Assembly (NCBI GenBank): GCA_009914755.4
Contig: CP086569.2
Coordinates: 11,040,001-11,104,000, forward strand
Direction of reading: 5' to 3'
Length of the DNA: 64,000 nt
Source of the DNA: the human T2T-CHM13v2.0 reference genome, Homo sapiens
Shown: positions 14,861-29,062 of the stretch, piece after piece
How positions within the stretch are numbered: the first letter of the stretch is position 1
Layout of the letters: the number at the start of each line of letters is the position of its first letter
Notes under the pieces: model-generated
Told to the model about the DNA's origin: nothing
Seen by the model: the letters and a program-made list of their open reading frames with translations, nothing else
Database searches by the model: none
Position numbers and translations under genes: made by a program

Positions 14861-17800
14861 TTTCATTTCACCTTTCTATTCCATTCCATTTCACTCCACT
14901 ACACTCCATTCCATTCCATTCCATTCAATTCCATTCCAGTCCATTCCATTCCTTTCCTCTGCACTCCCAACCACTCCACTCAACTCCAATCCACTCCACT
15001 CCACTCCCTTCCGTTCCGCTCCATTCCGTTTCATTCTCTTCCATTCCATTCCATTCCATTTCATTCCACTCCACTCCATTCCAATCCACTAGATTTCTCT
15101 CCATTCCTCTCCATTCCATTAAGCTTCACTCCATTCCACTCCACTCAATTTCATTCCTCTACATTCCACTACATTCCACTCGATTCCATTCCTCTCCATT
15201 CCACACCATTTCACTCCACTCCATTCCACTCCACTCCACTCCACTCCAGTCCTTTCCCATCCATTCGATTCCATTCTGTTCCATGCCATTGCATTCTGTT
15301 CAGTTCCATTCTATTTCCCTCAACGCCATTCCATTCCACTCCATTCCAATGCACTCCACTCCATTCCACTATACTCCACTCTTCTCCACTACACTCCACT
15401 CCAGTTCATTTCACTCTTCTACACTCCTCTCCTTTCCATTCCATTCTGATCCATTCCACTCCTATCCATTCCACTGCACTCCTTTTCAATCCACTGTGAT
15501 ACACTACCCTCAACTCCACAACATTCGTTTACATTCCATTCCATTCCACTCCATTTCATTTCCACTTCATTCCACTGTACTGAATTGCACTCCACTTCGT
15601 TTCACTCCATTGCACTCCATGCTACTCCATTCTAGTTCTCTTCATTCTATTCCACTCCATTCCATTAAACTCCACTCCATTATATTCCACTCAATTCCAT
15701 TCCATTCCATTCCCTTCCAATCCATTCCATTCCATTCCATTCCATTCCATTCCATTCCATTCCATTCCATTCCATTCCTTTGTCCCATCCAGTCTATTCA
15801 ACTCCACTGCACTGCACTCCACCCCAATCCCCTCCATTGCATACCATTTCATTCCATTCCATACCAATCCATTCCACTCCTATCCATTCCACTCCAGTCC
15901 ATTTCAATCCACTGTGATACACTACCCTCAAATCCACAGCATTCCTCTCCATTCCATTTAATTCCACTCCATTTCATTTCCACTTCATTCCACTCTGCTG
16001 CATTGCACTCCACTCCGTTTCACTCCATTACACTCCATTCTACTCCATTCGAGCCCACTCCACTCTATTCCACTCCATTCCATTAAACTCTACTCCATTA
16101 CATTCCACTCAATTCCATTCCATTCCATTCCATTCCATTTGTCTGCACTCCCATCCACTCTATTCAACTCCAATCCACTCTACTCCACTCCACCCCAATC
16201 CCCTCCATTCCATTCCATTTAATTCCATTCCATTCCACTCCATTCCATTCCACTCCTATCCATTCCTCTCCACTCCATTTCACTCCACTGTTATACTCTA
16301 CCTTCAACTCCCCAGTATTCCATTACATTCTATTCCATTCCTTTCCTTTCTATTAAACTCCTTTCTGCTCCATTTCATTCCACGAAATTCTAATCGGTTC
16401 CATTCCACTCCACTCCCTGTTACTCCATTGCATTCCATTCTACTCCATTCGACTGCACTCCACTCCACTCCTTTCCGTTAAACTCCTCTCCATTCCGTTG
16501 CACTCCATTCCATCCCAGTCCACTCCAATCGACTCCATTCCATTCCACTCCATTCCAATGCACTCCACTCCATTCCACTACACTCCACTCTTCTCCACTC
16601 CACTCCACTCCATTTCATTTCACTCCTCTCCACTCCACTCCTTTCCATTCCATTCTGTTCCTTTCCACTCCTATCCTTTCTACTGCACTCCTTTTCAATC
16701 CATTGTGATACACTACCCTCAACTCCACAACATTCCTTTCCATTCCATGCCATTCCACTCCATTCCACTCCATTTCATTTCCACTTCATCCTACTCCACT
16801 GCATTGCTCTCCACTTCGTTTCACTCCATTGCACTCCATTCTACTCCATTCGAGTCTACTTCATTCTATTCCACTCCATTCCATTAAACTCCACTCCATT
16901 ATATTCCACTCAATTCCATTCCATTCCATTCCCTTCCATTCCATTCCATTCCATTCCATTCCATTCCATTCCATTCCATTCCTCTGTCCCATCCACTCTA
17001 TTCAACTCCACTGCACTCCACTCCACCCCAATCCCCTCCATTCCATTCCATTTCATTCCATTCCATTCCACTCCTATCCATTCCACTCCATTCCATTTCA
17101 CTCCACTGTTATACACTACCATCAAATACCCAGAATTCCATTCCATTCTATTATTTTCCTTTCCGTTCCACTCCTTTCCAATCCATTTCATTCCACTAAA
17201 TTCCAATCCTTACCGTTCCACTCCACTCCGTGTCACTCCTTTGCACTCCATTGTACTCCATTCGACTCCACTCCATTCCACTCCATTCCATTATACTCCA
17301 CTCCATTTCGTTGCACTCCATTCCATTCCAGTACACTCTAATCCACTCCATTCCGTTCCACTCCATTCCAATACACTTCATTCCATTCCACTTCACTCCA
17401 CTCTTCTCCTCTACACTCTACTCTGGTTCATTTCACTCCTCTCCACTATACTCCACTGCTTTCCATTCCATTCCATTCCATTCCATTCCATTCCATTCCA
17501 TTCCACTGCACTATAATCCACTCCACTTGAATCCACAACACTCCACACCACTCCACTCCATTCCATTCCATGCCATTCCTTTCCATACCGTTCCATTCCA
17601 TTTTGTTCCATTCTACTCCATTCGATTCCCCTCCACTCCCTTCAACTCCATTCCATTCCATTCCAGTCCATTCCACTCCACTCCATACCACTCCACTCCA
17701 TTCCACTCCAGTCCGTTCCCGTCCATTGCATTCCATTCTGTTCCATTCCATTGCATTCTGTTCAAATCCATTCCACTCCCCTCCACTCCATTCCATTCCA

Positions 17801-19749
17801 CTCCATTCCACTCCTTTGCACTCCACTCCATTCTACTCCATTCCATTCCATTCCATTTCATTCCATTCCATTACACTCCATTCCACTCCATTCTATTCCA
17901 CTCCATTCCATTCCACTCCTATCCATTCCACTCCATTCCATTCCACTCCTATCCATTCCACTCCACTCCATTCCAATCCACTGTCATACACTACCCATAA
18001 ATCCACAGCTTTCCATTCCATCCATTCAAATCCGCTCCATTCCACTCCATTTCATTTCCACTACATTCCACTTCACTGCATTGCACTCCACTCCGTTTCA
18101 CTCCACTGCACTCCATTCTACTTCATTCGACTCCAGGCCACTCTACTCCTCTCCATTCCATTAAACTCCACTCCATTACATTTCACTCAATTCCATTCCA
18201 TTCCTGTCCATTCCATTCCATTCCAGTCCTCTGAACTCCCATCCACTCTATTCAATTCCACTACACCCCAATCCAATCCATTCCATTCCTTTTCATTAAA
18301 TTCCATTCCACTCCATTCCATTCCACTCCTATCCATTCCACTCCACTCCATTTCACTCCACTGTGATACACTACCCTCATCTCCACAGCATTCCTTTCCA
18401 TTCCATTCCATTCCTTTCTATTCCACTCCATTTCATACCACTAAATTCCAATCTTCTCCATTCCACTCCACTCCGTTTCACTCCATTGCACTCCCTTCTA
18501 CTCCATTTGACTCCACTCCGCTCCATTCCATTAAACTCCACTCCATTCCGTTTCAATCCTTTCCATCCCATTCCATTCCAGTCCACTCCAATCCACTCCA
18601 TTCCATTCCACTACATTCCAATGCACTCCACTCCATTCCACTCCACTCTTCTCCACTACACTCCACTCCAGTTCATTTCACTCCTCTCCACTCCACTCCA
18701 CTCCTTTCCATTCCATTCTGTTCCATTCCATTTGATTCCTTTCCATTCCAATCCATTCCATTCTATTCCATTCCACTGCACTTCAGTCCACACCACTTTA
18801 CGCCACAACACTCCACAGCACTCAACTCCATTCCGTTCCGTGCCGTTTCGTTAAATAGCATTCCATTCCATTTTGTTCCATTCCACTCCCTTCCATTCCA
18901 CTCAACTCCCTTTAACTCCATTCCATTCCATTCCATTCCATTCCATTCCATTCCATTCCATTCCATTCCATTCCACCCCATTCAACTCCACTCCACTCCA
19001 ATCCATTCCATTCCATTCTGTTCCATTGCATTCCATTGCTTTCGATTCCTTCACATTCTACTCCACTGCATTCCATTCCACTTCATTCCACTGCACTCCA
19101 CTCCATCCCAATCCATTCCATTCCATTCCACTCCTTTCCATTCCTCTCAACTCCATTCAAATCCACTCCATTTCACTCCACTCTGATCCACTCCCGTCAA
19201 CTCCACCACATTCCATTCCACTCCATTTCACTCCATTTCATTCCTTTACATTCTACTACACTCCATTCCACTGCAGTCCATTTTACTCCCTTGCACTCCA
19301 TTCTACTCGATTCCACTCCACTCCACTGCATTCCAATCCATTCCATTTAATTCCACTCCTTTCCATTTCCCTCAATTCCATTCCTTTCTATTTCATTCCA
19401 CTCCACTCCACTCCATTCCACTCCATTCCAATCCATTCCCCTCCATTTCACTACATTCCACTCCACAACACTCCAGTCCACTCCACTGTATTCCCTTCCA
19501 TTCCATTCCACTCCACTTCACTCTGATCCACTCCTGTTGACTCCACAACATTCCATGAAACTTCACTGCATACCAATCCCGGCTGTTCTATTCTGTTCTG
19601 TTCCATTCCACTCCATTCAATTCCACTCCACTTTTTATCAATCCACGCCATTTCACTCCATTCCCCTCTATTCCCCTCCTCTCATATCCAATCCACTCCA
19701 CTATACTCCACTCCATTTCATTCCTTTCAGCTCCATTCCATTCCATTCC

Positions 19750-19815
19750 TTTATTTCGAATGAATCTCACTCTGTTACCCAGACTGGAGTGCAGTGTCAC
19801 AATATTAGTTCACAC
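19750..19815 (-). repeat. Alu 3'-terminal fragment, antisense
   Basis: tttatttcgaatgaatctcactctgttacccagactggagtgcagtgtcacaatattagttcac. Confidence 0.65.
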
Positions 19816-20329
19816 TTCATTTCACCTTTCCATTTCATTCCATTCCATTCCATTCCATTCCATTCCATTCCATTCCATTTCATTCCATTCCATTCCATTC
19901 CACTCCATTCCATTCCATTGCACTCCGATCCGATATAGTCCACTCCACTCCACTCCATTCCATTAAAATTCCCTCCATTGCTTTCCATTCCATTTCATTC
20001 CATTCCATTCCAATCCACTCCACTCTATTCTTTTCCACTCCATTCCCCTCCAGTGCTCTCCACTCCACTCAGCTCCTTTACGTTCCATTCTATTCCACTG
20101 CACTCTGTTCCACTCCACTTGGCTCCACACCACTGTCCGTCACTCCACTCCATTCCATTCAATGCCATTCCCTTCCATTCCATTCCATTCTACTCCACTG
20201 CATTCCCGTCCACTCCCTTCCATTCCACTCCACTCCATTTCACTCCATTACCCTCTAATTCATCCCCTCCACCCCATTCCACTGCCCTCCACTCCACTCA
20301 ATTACATTCAGCTCCATTCCATTCCATTC

Positions 20330-20395
20330 CTTTATTACGACCGAATCTCTCCCTTCCACGCAGACTGGAGTGCGGTGGCACAATCTTAGCTCTCA
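20330..20395 (-). repeat. Alu 3'-terminal fragment, antisense
   Basis: tttattacgaccgaatctctcccttccacgcagactggagtgcggtggcacaatcttagctctc. Confidence 0.6.
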
Positions 20396-23300
20396 TTTCA
20401 TTTCACAATTCCATTCCATTCCATTCCATTCCATTCCATTCCATTCCATTCCATTCCATTCCATTCCTCTGCACTCCCATCCACTCTACTCAACTCCAAT
20501 CCACTCCACTCCATTCCCTTCCATTCTACTCCATTCCGTTTCATTTTCTTCCATTCCATTCCATTCCATTGCATTCCACTCCACTCCATTCCAATCCACT
20601 AGATTTCTCTCCGTTCCTCTCCATTCCATTGAACTTCACTCCATTCCACTCCACTCAATTTCATTCCACTACATTCCACTTCATTCCATTCCACTCCATT
20701 CCTCACCATTCTACTCCACTCCATTCGACTCCACTCCACTCCAGTCCATTCCCATCCATTCTATTCCATTCTGTTCCACTCCATTGCATTCTCTTCAGTT
20801 CCATTCCATTCCCCTCAACTCCATTCCATTCCACTCCATTCTACTCCTCTGCACTCCACTCCACTCTACTCCATTCTATTCCATTCCATTTCATTCCATT
20901 CAATTCCAATCCATTCCACTCCATTCCATTCCACTCCTATCCATTCCACTCCACTCTATTTCAATCCACTGTGATACACTACCCTCAAATCCACAGCATT
21001 CCTTTCCGTTCCATTCCATTCCACTCCATTCCACTCCATTTCATTTCCACTTCATTCGACTCTGCTGCATTTCACTCCACTCCGTTTCACTCCATTACAA
21101 CCCATTCTACTCCATTCGAGTCCACTCCACTCTATTCCACTCCATTCCATTAAAATCCACTCCATTCCATTCCACTTAATTCCATTCGTTTCCATTCCGT
21201 TCCATTCCATTCCATTCCTCTGCATTCCCATCCGCTATATTCAACACCACTCCACTCCACTTCACCCCAATCCCCTCCATTCCATTCCATTTCATTTCCT
21301 TCCATTCCACTCCATTCCACTCCATTCCATTCCACTCCTATCCGTTCCACTCCACTCCATTTCACTCCATTGTTATACACTACTCTCAACTCCCCAGAAT
21401 TCCATTCCATTCTATTCCATTCCTTTCCTTTCCATTCCACTCCATTTCACTCCATTTCATTCCACTAAATTGCAATCCATTCCATTCCACTCCACTCCGT
21501 GTCATTCCGTTGCATTCCATTCTACTCCATTCGACTCTACTCCACTCTACTCCATTCCATTAAACTCCACTCCATTCCATTGCACTCCATTCCATTCCAG
21601 TCCACTCCAATCCACTCCATTCCATTCCACTCATTCCAATGCACTCCACTCCATTCCACTCCACTCCACTCCTCCACTCCACTCCAGTTCATTTAAATCC
21701 TCTCCACTCCACTCCACTCCTTTCCATTCCATTCTCTTCCATTCCATTACATTCAATTCCATACCATACCATTCCATTCCACTGCATTCTAAAATACTCC
21801 ACTTGTCTCCACAACACTCCACGCCACTCCACTCCATTCCATTCCGTGCCATTCCATTTCATACCTTTCCATTCCATTTTGATCCGTTCCAATCCATTCG
21901 ATTCCACTCCACTATATTCTAATCCACTCCTTTTAACTCCATTCCATTCCATTCCAGTCCATTCCTCTCCAATCCATTCCACTCCACTCCATTCCACTCC
22001 TGTCCATTCCCATCCATTCCATTCTGTTGCATTGTGTTCAATTCCATTCCATTCCTCTCCACTCCATTCCATTCCACTACATTCCACTCCTTTGCACTCC
22101 ACTCTACTCCACTCTACTCCATTCCATTCCATTCCATTCCATTCCATTCCAGTCCATTCCACTCCATTCCATTCCACTCCTATCCGTTCCACTCCACTCC
22201 ATTTCAATCCACTGTTATAAGCTACCCTCAAATCCACAGCATTCCATTCTATCCATTGCATTCCACTCCGTTGCACTCCATTTCATTTCTACTACATTCC
22301 ACTCCACTGCATTGCACTCCACTCCGTTTCACTCCATTGCACTCCATTCTACTCCATTCGACTCCACTCCACTCTACTCCTCTCCATTCCATTGAACTCC
22401 TCTCCATTCCATTCCACTCAATTTCATTCCATTCCAGTCCATTCCTCTACACTCCCATCCACTCTATTCAACTCCACTCCACTCCACCGCAATCCAATCC
22501 ATTCCATTCCATTTCATTAAATTCCATTCCACTCCATTCCACTCCATTCCATTCCATTCCACTCCACTCCATTTCACTCCACTGTGATACACTACCCTCA
22601 ACTCCACAGCATTGCTTTCCATTCCATTCCTTTCCTTTCCATTCCACTCCATTCCACTCCACTCCATTCCCATCCACTCCATTCCACTCCAGTCCATTCC
22701 AATCCGTTCCATTCCATTGTATTCCATTCCATTCCGTTCGATTCCATTCCATTATATTCCACTCCATTCCATTCCACTCCACTCCACTCCAATCCATTCC
22801 ATTCCATTCCACTCCTTTCCATTCCTCGCAACTCCATTCAACTCCACTCCATTTCACTCCACTCTGATCCACTCCCATCAACTCCACCACATTGCCTTTC
22901 AGTCCATTACATTCCACTCCATTCCACTCCATTTCATTCCTTTTTATTCTACTACACTCCATTCCACTCCAGTCCATTTCACTCCATTGCACTCCATTCT
23001 ACTCAATTCCACAGCACTCCACTGCATTCCAATCCATTCCATTTAATTCCACTCCTTTCCATTCCCCTCAGTTCCATTTCTTTCCATTTCCTTCCACTCC
23101 ATTCCACTCCACTCCACTTCACTCCATTCCATTCAATTCCCCTCCATTTCACCCCGTTCCACTCCATAACACTCCACTCTACTCCAACTTATTGCATTCT
23201 ATTCAATTCCTCTCCACTTCACTCTGATCTGCTCCTCTTGACTCCACAACACTCCAAGCCACTCCACTCCATACCATTCCCTGCCGTTGCATTCTGTTCT

Positions 23301-23450
23301 GTTCCATTCCACTCCATTCAATTCCAGTCCACTTTTTTATCACTCCACGCCATTTCACTCCATTCCCCTCGATTCCACTCCTCTCTAATCCACTCCAGTC
23401 CACTATACTCCACTCTATTTTATTCCTTTCAGCTGCATTTCATTCCATTC

Positions 23451-23516
23451 CTTTATTTCGAATGAATCTTACTCTGTCATCCAGACTGGAGTGCAGTGGC
23501 ACAATCTTAGCTCACG
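23451..23516 (-). repeat. Alu 3'-terminal fragment, antisense
   Basis: tttatttcgaatgaatcttactctgtcatccagactggagtgcagtggcacaatcttagctcac. Confidence 0.65.
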
Positions 23517-24684
23517 TTTCATTTCACCTTTCCATTCCATTCCATTCCTTTCCATTCCATTCCATTCCATTCCCTTCCATTCCATTCCATTCCATTCCAT
23601 TCCATTCCATTCCCTTCCATTCCATTCCATTCCATTCCATTATATTCCATTCCTTTCCACTCCATTCCATTCAATTCCTTTCCATTCCATTCCTTTACTT
23701 TCCATTGCACTGCACTCCGATCCAATCCACTTCACTCCACACCACTCCACGCCAATCCACTTCCTTCTGTTCCGTGCCATTTCGTTCCATAACCTTCCGT
23801 TCCGTTCCGTTCCATTTCACGCCATTCCATTCCACTCCATTCCATTCTACTCCACTGCCTTAAACTCCATTACAATCCATTCCACTCCACTCCTTTCGAC
23901 ACCACTCCACTTCAGTCCGTTCAGATCCGTTCCACTCCATTCTGTTCCATTCCAGTCCATTCCATTCCATTCCACTCCATTCCACTCCTTTCCACTCCAC
24001 TTCACTTCACTCAATTCCATTTGATTACAACCCATTCTATTCCATTTTACTCCATTCCACTCCATTCGATTCCTCTCTTCTCCATTCCACTCAACTCCAT
24101 TTCATTCCAATTTTATCCACTCCCTTCAAATACACAGTATTCCCTTCCCTTCCATTCCATTTCATTCCACTCCATTCCACTCGATTTCACTTCATTACCT
24201 TCCACCCCACTCCTTTCCACACCACTCCATTTTTCTCCATTGCACTCCTTTCTTCTCCATTCCACTGCACTCCAATCCACTCCACTCCATTCAGTTAAAT
24301 TCCATTCCACTCCACTCCACTTCATTTCATTCCACTACATTCCACGCTACTACACTCAATTCCATTTGATTCCACTCCACTGGACTCCACTCATCTCCTT
24401 TCCATTCCATTCCATTCCATTCCATTCCGTTCCATTCTATTACATTCCATTCCACTGCACTCCGATGCACTCCACTTGACTCCACACCACTCCACCCCAC
24501 TCCACTGCAGTGCGTTCCACGCATTTCTGTTCCATTCCTTTCCATTCCACTCCATTTCATTCCACTCCACTCCATTCCACTCCACTCCATTTCACTCGTT
24601 TCCCGTCGATTCCACTACTGTCTACTCCACTCCGCTGCAAACCACTCCACTCCATTCCATTCAGTTCCATTCTATTCCATTTCT

Positions 24685-24748
24685 TAATTTCGACTGAATC
24701 TGACTCTGTCACCCAGACTGGAGTGCAGTGGCACAATCTTAGCTCACA
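24685..24748 (-). repeat. Alu 3'-terminal fragment, antisense
   Basis: ttaatttcgactgaatctgactctgtcacccagactggagtgcagtggcacaatcttagctcac. Confidence 0.7.
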
Positions 24749-27272
24749 TTCCATTTCACCTTTCCATTCCATTTCATTCCACTCCTCTCCATTCCATTCC
24801 TTTTCATTCCATTCCACTCCATTCCACTGCACTCCGATCCACTCCACTCAACTCCCCTCCACTTCACTCCACTCAAATCCATTCCATTCCACTCTACTCC
24901 ATTCTAATCCACTAGATTTCTCACCATTTCACTCTATTCCACTCCACTCCACTGCACTTCACTCCACTCCACTCCATTCCATTCCACTCCATTCCACTCC
25001 ATTCCATTCCACTCCATTCCTATCCATTCCACTTCACTCCACTCCATTCCAGCCCGTTCTGGTACTTTCCATTCCATTGTGTTCCATTCCATTGCATTCC
25101 CTTTGATTACATTCCTTTAAACTCCACTCTATTTCTTTACACGCCATTTCACTCCACTCCACTCACCTCCACTCCATTTAATTCCATTCAATTCCATTCC
25201 ATACCATACTTTCCATTCCATTCCATATCTTTCCATTCCATTCCGCTCCATTCCACTCCATTCCATCCTACTCCAATCCATTCCAATCCACTCTACTTCA
25301 CTCCACTCTGAAAAATTCCCCTCAACGCCACAGGATTCCAATCCATTCCATTCCATTCCACTCCACTCCATTCCGTTTCACTCCATTGCTCTCCATTCTA
25401 CTCCATTCCACTCCACTCCACTCCTCTCCATTCCATTAAACTCCATTCCATTCCTTTCCCCTCCTTTCCTTTCCATTCCATTCCATTCCACTCCACTCAA
25501 CTCCAGTCTTTTCCACTCCATTTCACTCCACTCCACTCCACTAGTTTCCATTCCATTCCATTCCATTATACATTACTCCAATCCACTCCACTTGACTCCA
25601 CACCACTCCTCACCGTTCCACTCCATTCGCATCCGTGCCATTCCATTCCATACCTTTACGTTCCATTCTGTTCAATTCCACTCCATTCCATTCTCCTTCC
25701 CTCCATTCTACTCCATTCCCTTTAACTCCATTCCACTCCATTCCATTCCACTCCGTTCCCCTCCACTCCACTCCACTCCAGTCCATTTTGATCTGTTTCA
25801 TTCCATTCTGTTCCATTCCATTCCATTCTGTTTATTTCCTTTCCATTCCATTCCACTCCATTCCACTCCACTCTTCTCCATTCCACTCCATTCTACTGCA
25901 CTCCACTCCAATCTGCTCCACTCCACTCCTTTCCATTCCATTCCATTTCATTGCATTCCATTCCATTCCATTCCATTCCGTTCCATTCCATTCCATTCCA
26001 TTCCACAGCACTCCTATCCCCTCCACTTGACTCCACACCAGTCCATGCCACTCCACTGTATTTCATTCCATGACATTCGGTTCCATATCGTTCTGTTCCA
26101 TTCCGTTCCAATCCACTCCATTCCATTGCACTCCAATCCATTCTCCTCCACTTCATTTAATTCCATTCCACTCCATTCCACCTCATTAGACTCCACGCCA
26201 CTCCACTATATTCCATTCCATTCCGTTCCACTCCATTCAATTCCATTCCATTTCACGGCACTCCACTCCATTTCACTCTACTGCAATCCACTCCACTTCA
26301 TTCCACTCTTCTCCACTCCAGCCCCCTCCATTCTATTCTTCTCCACTCCATTCCATTCCTTTCCAATTCACTCAATTCATCTCCATTCCACTAAATGCCA
26401 TTCCTGTGCATTACATTCCACTCCAATCCACCTCACTCCACTACATTTCACTCCATTCTCCTCCATTACAATCCTCGACATTCCATTCCAGTCAACTCCC
26501 CTCCTTTCCATTCAGCTCCAGTCCACATCATTGCTTTCCTTTCCATTTCATTCCATTCCGTTCCATTCCATTCCATTCCATTTCACTCGATGCCATTCCA
26601 TTCCACTCTGCTCCATTGCATTAAACTAAACTCCACTTCACTCCACTCCACTCCACTCAATTCCATTGCATTCCATTCACTTCCACTCCACTCCAGTCCA
26701 TTTCATTCCACTGCATTCCATTCCATTGTATTGTATTCCTTTCCATTCCAATCAAATCCACTCCTCTCCACTCTGTTTTGTTCCATTCCATTCCGTTCCA
26801 TCCCATTCCATTCCTTTCCACTCCACTCTATTCTATTCCACTCCATTCCACTCCATTTCACTCCATTCCACTCCACTCCATTCCGTTTCATTGCTTTCCA
26901 TCCAACTGCACTCTGATCCTCTCCACTCAACTCCACTCCAGTCCACTCCACTACACTCCATGCCATTCCATTGCACTCCTTTCCCCTCTATTCGAGTACA
27001 CTCCACTCCTCTCCATTCCATCCACTCCATTCCACTCCATTACACTCCACTCCATTCCACTCCACTGCTCTCCATTCCCATCCATTCTTTTCCATTCCAC
27101 TGTATTCCATTCCATTCCATTCCATTCCATTCTACTCCATTACAATCTATTCCACTCCACTCCATTCCACTCCAATCCATTCGACTCCCACCCAATCCAT
27201 TCCACTCCATTGCACTCCATTCCATTCCTCTCAACTTCATTCCATTCCATTCTACCCTATTCCCTTCCATTC

Positions 27273-27337
27273 CTTTATTTTAACTGGATATCGCTGGGTC
27301 TCCTAGACTGGAGTGCAGTGGCACAATTTTAGCTCAC
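27273..27337 (-). repeat. Alu 3'-terminal fragment, antisense
   Basis: tttattttaactggatatcgctgggtctcctagactggagtgcagtggcacaattttagctcac. Confidence 0.6.
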
Positions 27338-27518
27338 ATTTGCTTTTACCATTCCATTGCACTCTGATCCAATACAGTCTACTCCACTCCACTCCACTTT
27401 TTTACATTCTGTTCAGTTCCATTTCATTTTGTTCCATTCCATTACACTCCATTCCATTCTGCTACACTCTTTTCAACTCCACTCCGTTTCACACCATTTC
27501 CCTCCATCCCACTCCACT

Positions 27519-27605
27519 CTACTACACTACACTACACTACACAACACTACACTACACTACACTACACTACACTACACTACACTACACTACACTACACTAC
27601 ACTAC
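27519..27605 (+). repeat. (ACTAC)n / (CACTA)n variant-pentamer microsatellite, about 17 units
   Basis: actacactacactac... with one acaac variant at 27,541. It is embedded in HSat3 between the Alu fragments at 27,273 and 27,635. Confidence 0.85.
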
Positions 27606-27634
27606 ATTCCATTCTGCTCCATTTTGTTCCATTC

Positions 27635-27700
27635 CTTTATTTCGACTGAATCTCACTCTGTCACCCAGACTGGAGTGCAGTGGCCCAATCTTATCTCACA
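27635..27700 (-). repeat. Alu 3'-terminal fragment, antisense
   Basis: tttatttcgactgaatctcactctgtcacccagactggagtgcagtggcccaatcttatctcac. Confidence 0.7.
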
Positions 27701-28110
27701 TTTCTTTTTATCTTTACATTTCATTCCATTCCATTCCATTCCATTCCATTCCATTCCATTCCACTCCTTTCCATTCCCCTGCACTCTGATCCACTACACT
27801 GAAATCCACTACACTGCTCACCACTACACTCCTTTCCATTCTGTTCCATTCCCATCCGTTCCGTTACATTCCACATTACTGAATTCCATTCCACTCCACT
27901 GCTCTCCTATCCAATTAACTCCATTCCACTCCATTCCACCCCACTCCACTCCATTCCACGCATGACATTCTATTCCACTCTATTCCATTCCATTCAACTC
28001 AATTGCACTCCTTTCCACTCCACTCCTTTCCACTCCACTCCGATCCATTTACCTCCATTCAATTCCACTCCACTTTATTCCTTTCCATTCTACTCCATTC
28101 CATTCTATTA

Positions 28111-28185
28111 CTTTATTTCGGTTGGATCTCACTCTGTCACCCGGACACAATTGCATTGGCATAATTATAGTTCAAATTTCGTTTC
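28111..28185 (-). repeat. Alu 3'-terminal fragment, antisense (strongly degenerate 3' half)
   Basis: ctttatttcggttggatctcactctgtcacccggacacaattgcattggcataattatagttcaaatttc. Confidence 0.45.
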
Positions 28186-28995
28186 ATCATTTCTTTGCAT
28201 TCCATTCCATTCCATTCCAATCCACTCCACTCCATTCCTTTCCTTTCCCCTGTACTCTGATCCACTCCTCTAAACTCCAGTCCACTCCACTCTGTTCCTT
28301 TGTGTTCCATTTCATTCCATTCCATTAAATTCTTTCTGTTCTGTTCCATTCCACTCCACTCAATTCCATTCCACTCCACTCAATTCCATTCCACTCCATT
28401 CTTCTTCATTCCACTACACTCCACTCTACTCCATTCTACTCCACTCTACTGCACTAAAGTCCATTCCATTCCATTCCATTCCATTCCATTCCATTCCATT
28501 CCATTCCATTCCATTCCATTGCTATCCGGTCCATTCCACTAAACTCCACTCCACTCTACTCCATTCCTATTTGTTCTGTTCCTTTCCATTCCATTCCACT
28601 CCACTCCATTCCACTATGCTGCATTTCACTCCATTCCATTCCATTCCACTCCTCTCCACTCAACTCCACTAAACTTCACTTCTTTCCACTCCAGTGCATT
28701 CCACTCCACTCCACACCATTCCACACCATTCCATTCCATTCCAATCCATTCTATTCCATTCAATTCCTCTCCATTCCACTCCATTTAACTCCACTATATT
28801 CTTCTCCACTCCGCTCCATTCCACTGCATTCCATTCAATTCCAGACATCTCCATTCCATTCTATTCCTCTCCAGTCCACTCCGTTCCACTCCTGTCAAAT
28901 CCACTCCACTCCATTGCACTCCAATCCACTCCATTCCACTCCATTCCATTTCACTCCACTCCATTCCATTCCATTCTACTCCATTCTATTCCATT

Positions 28996-29062
28996 CCTTT
29001 ATTTTGAATGGTTCTCACTCTGTCACTGCAGACTGGAATGCAGTTGCACAATCTTAGCTCAG
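28996..29062 (-). repeat. Alu 3'-terminal fragment, antisense
   Basis: tttattttgaatggttctcactctgtcactgcagactggaatgcagttgcacaatcttagctcag. Confidence 0.65.

Larger units (their letters stand above)
14900..22750 (+). repeat. HSat3 sub-domain with a roughly 1.2-kb HOR built from 3 sub-blocks of about 400 bp. It is marked by the motif TGTGATACACTACCCTCAA(C/A)TCCACAGCATTCC and contains no Alu fragments
   Basis: Marker copies lie at about 15,481, 15,901, 16,275, 16,690, 17,095, 17,978, 18,357, 20,945, 21,365, 22,208 and 22,573. The spacing is about 400 or 800 bp, with 1.2-1.3-kb repeats of the flanking blocks, e.g. 15,660 to 16,870 to 18,160. A 19.0-20.4 kb segment of the Alu-fragment type interrupts the domain. 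Confidence 0.7.
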
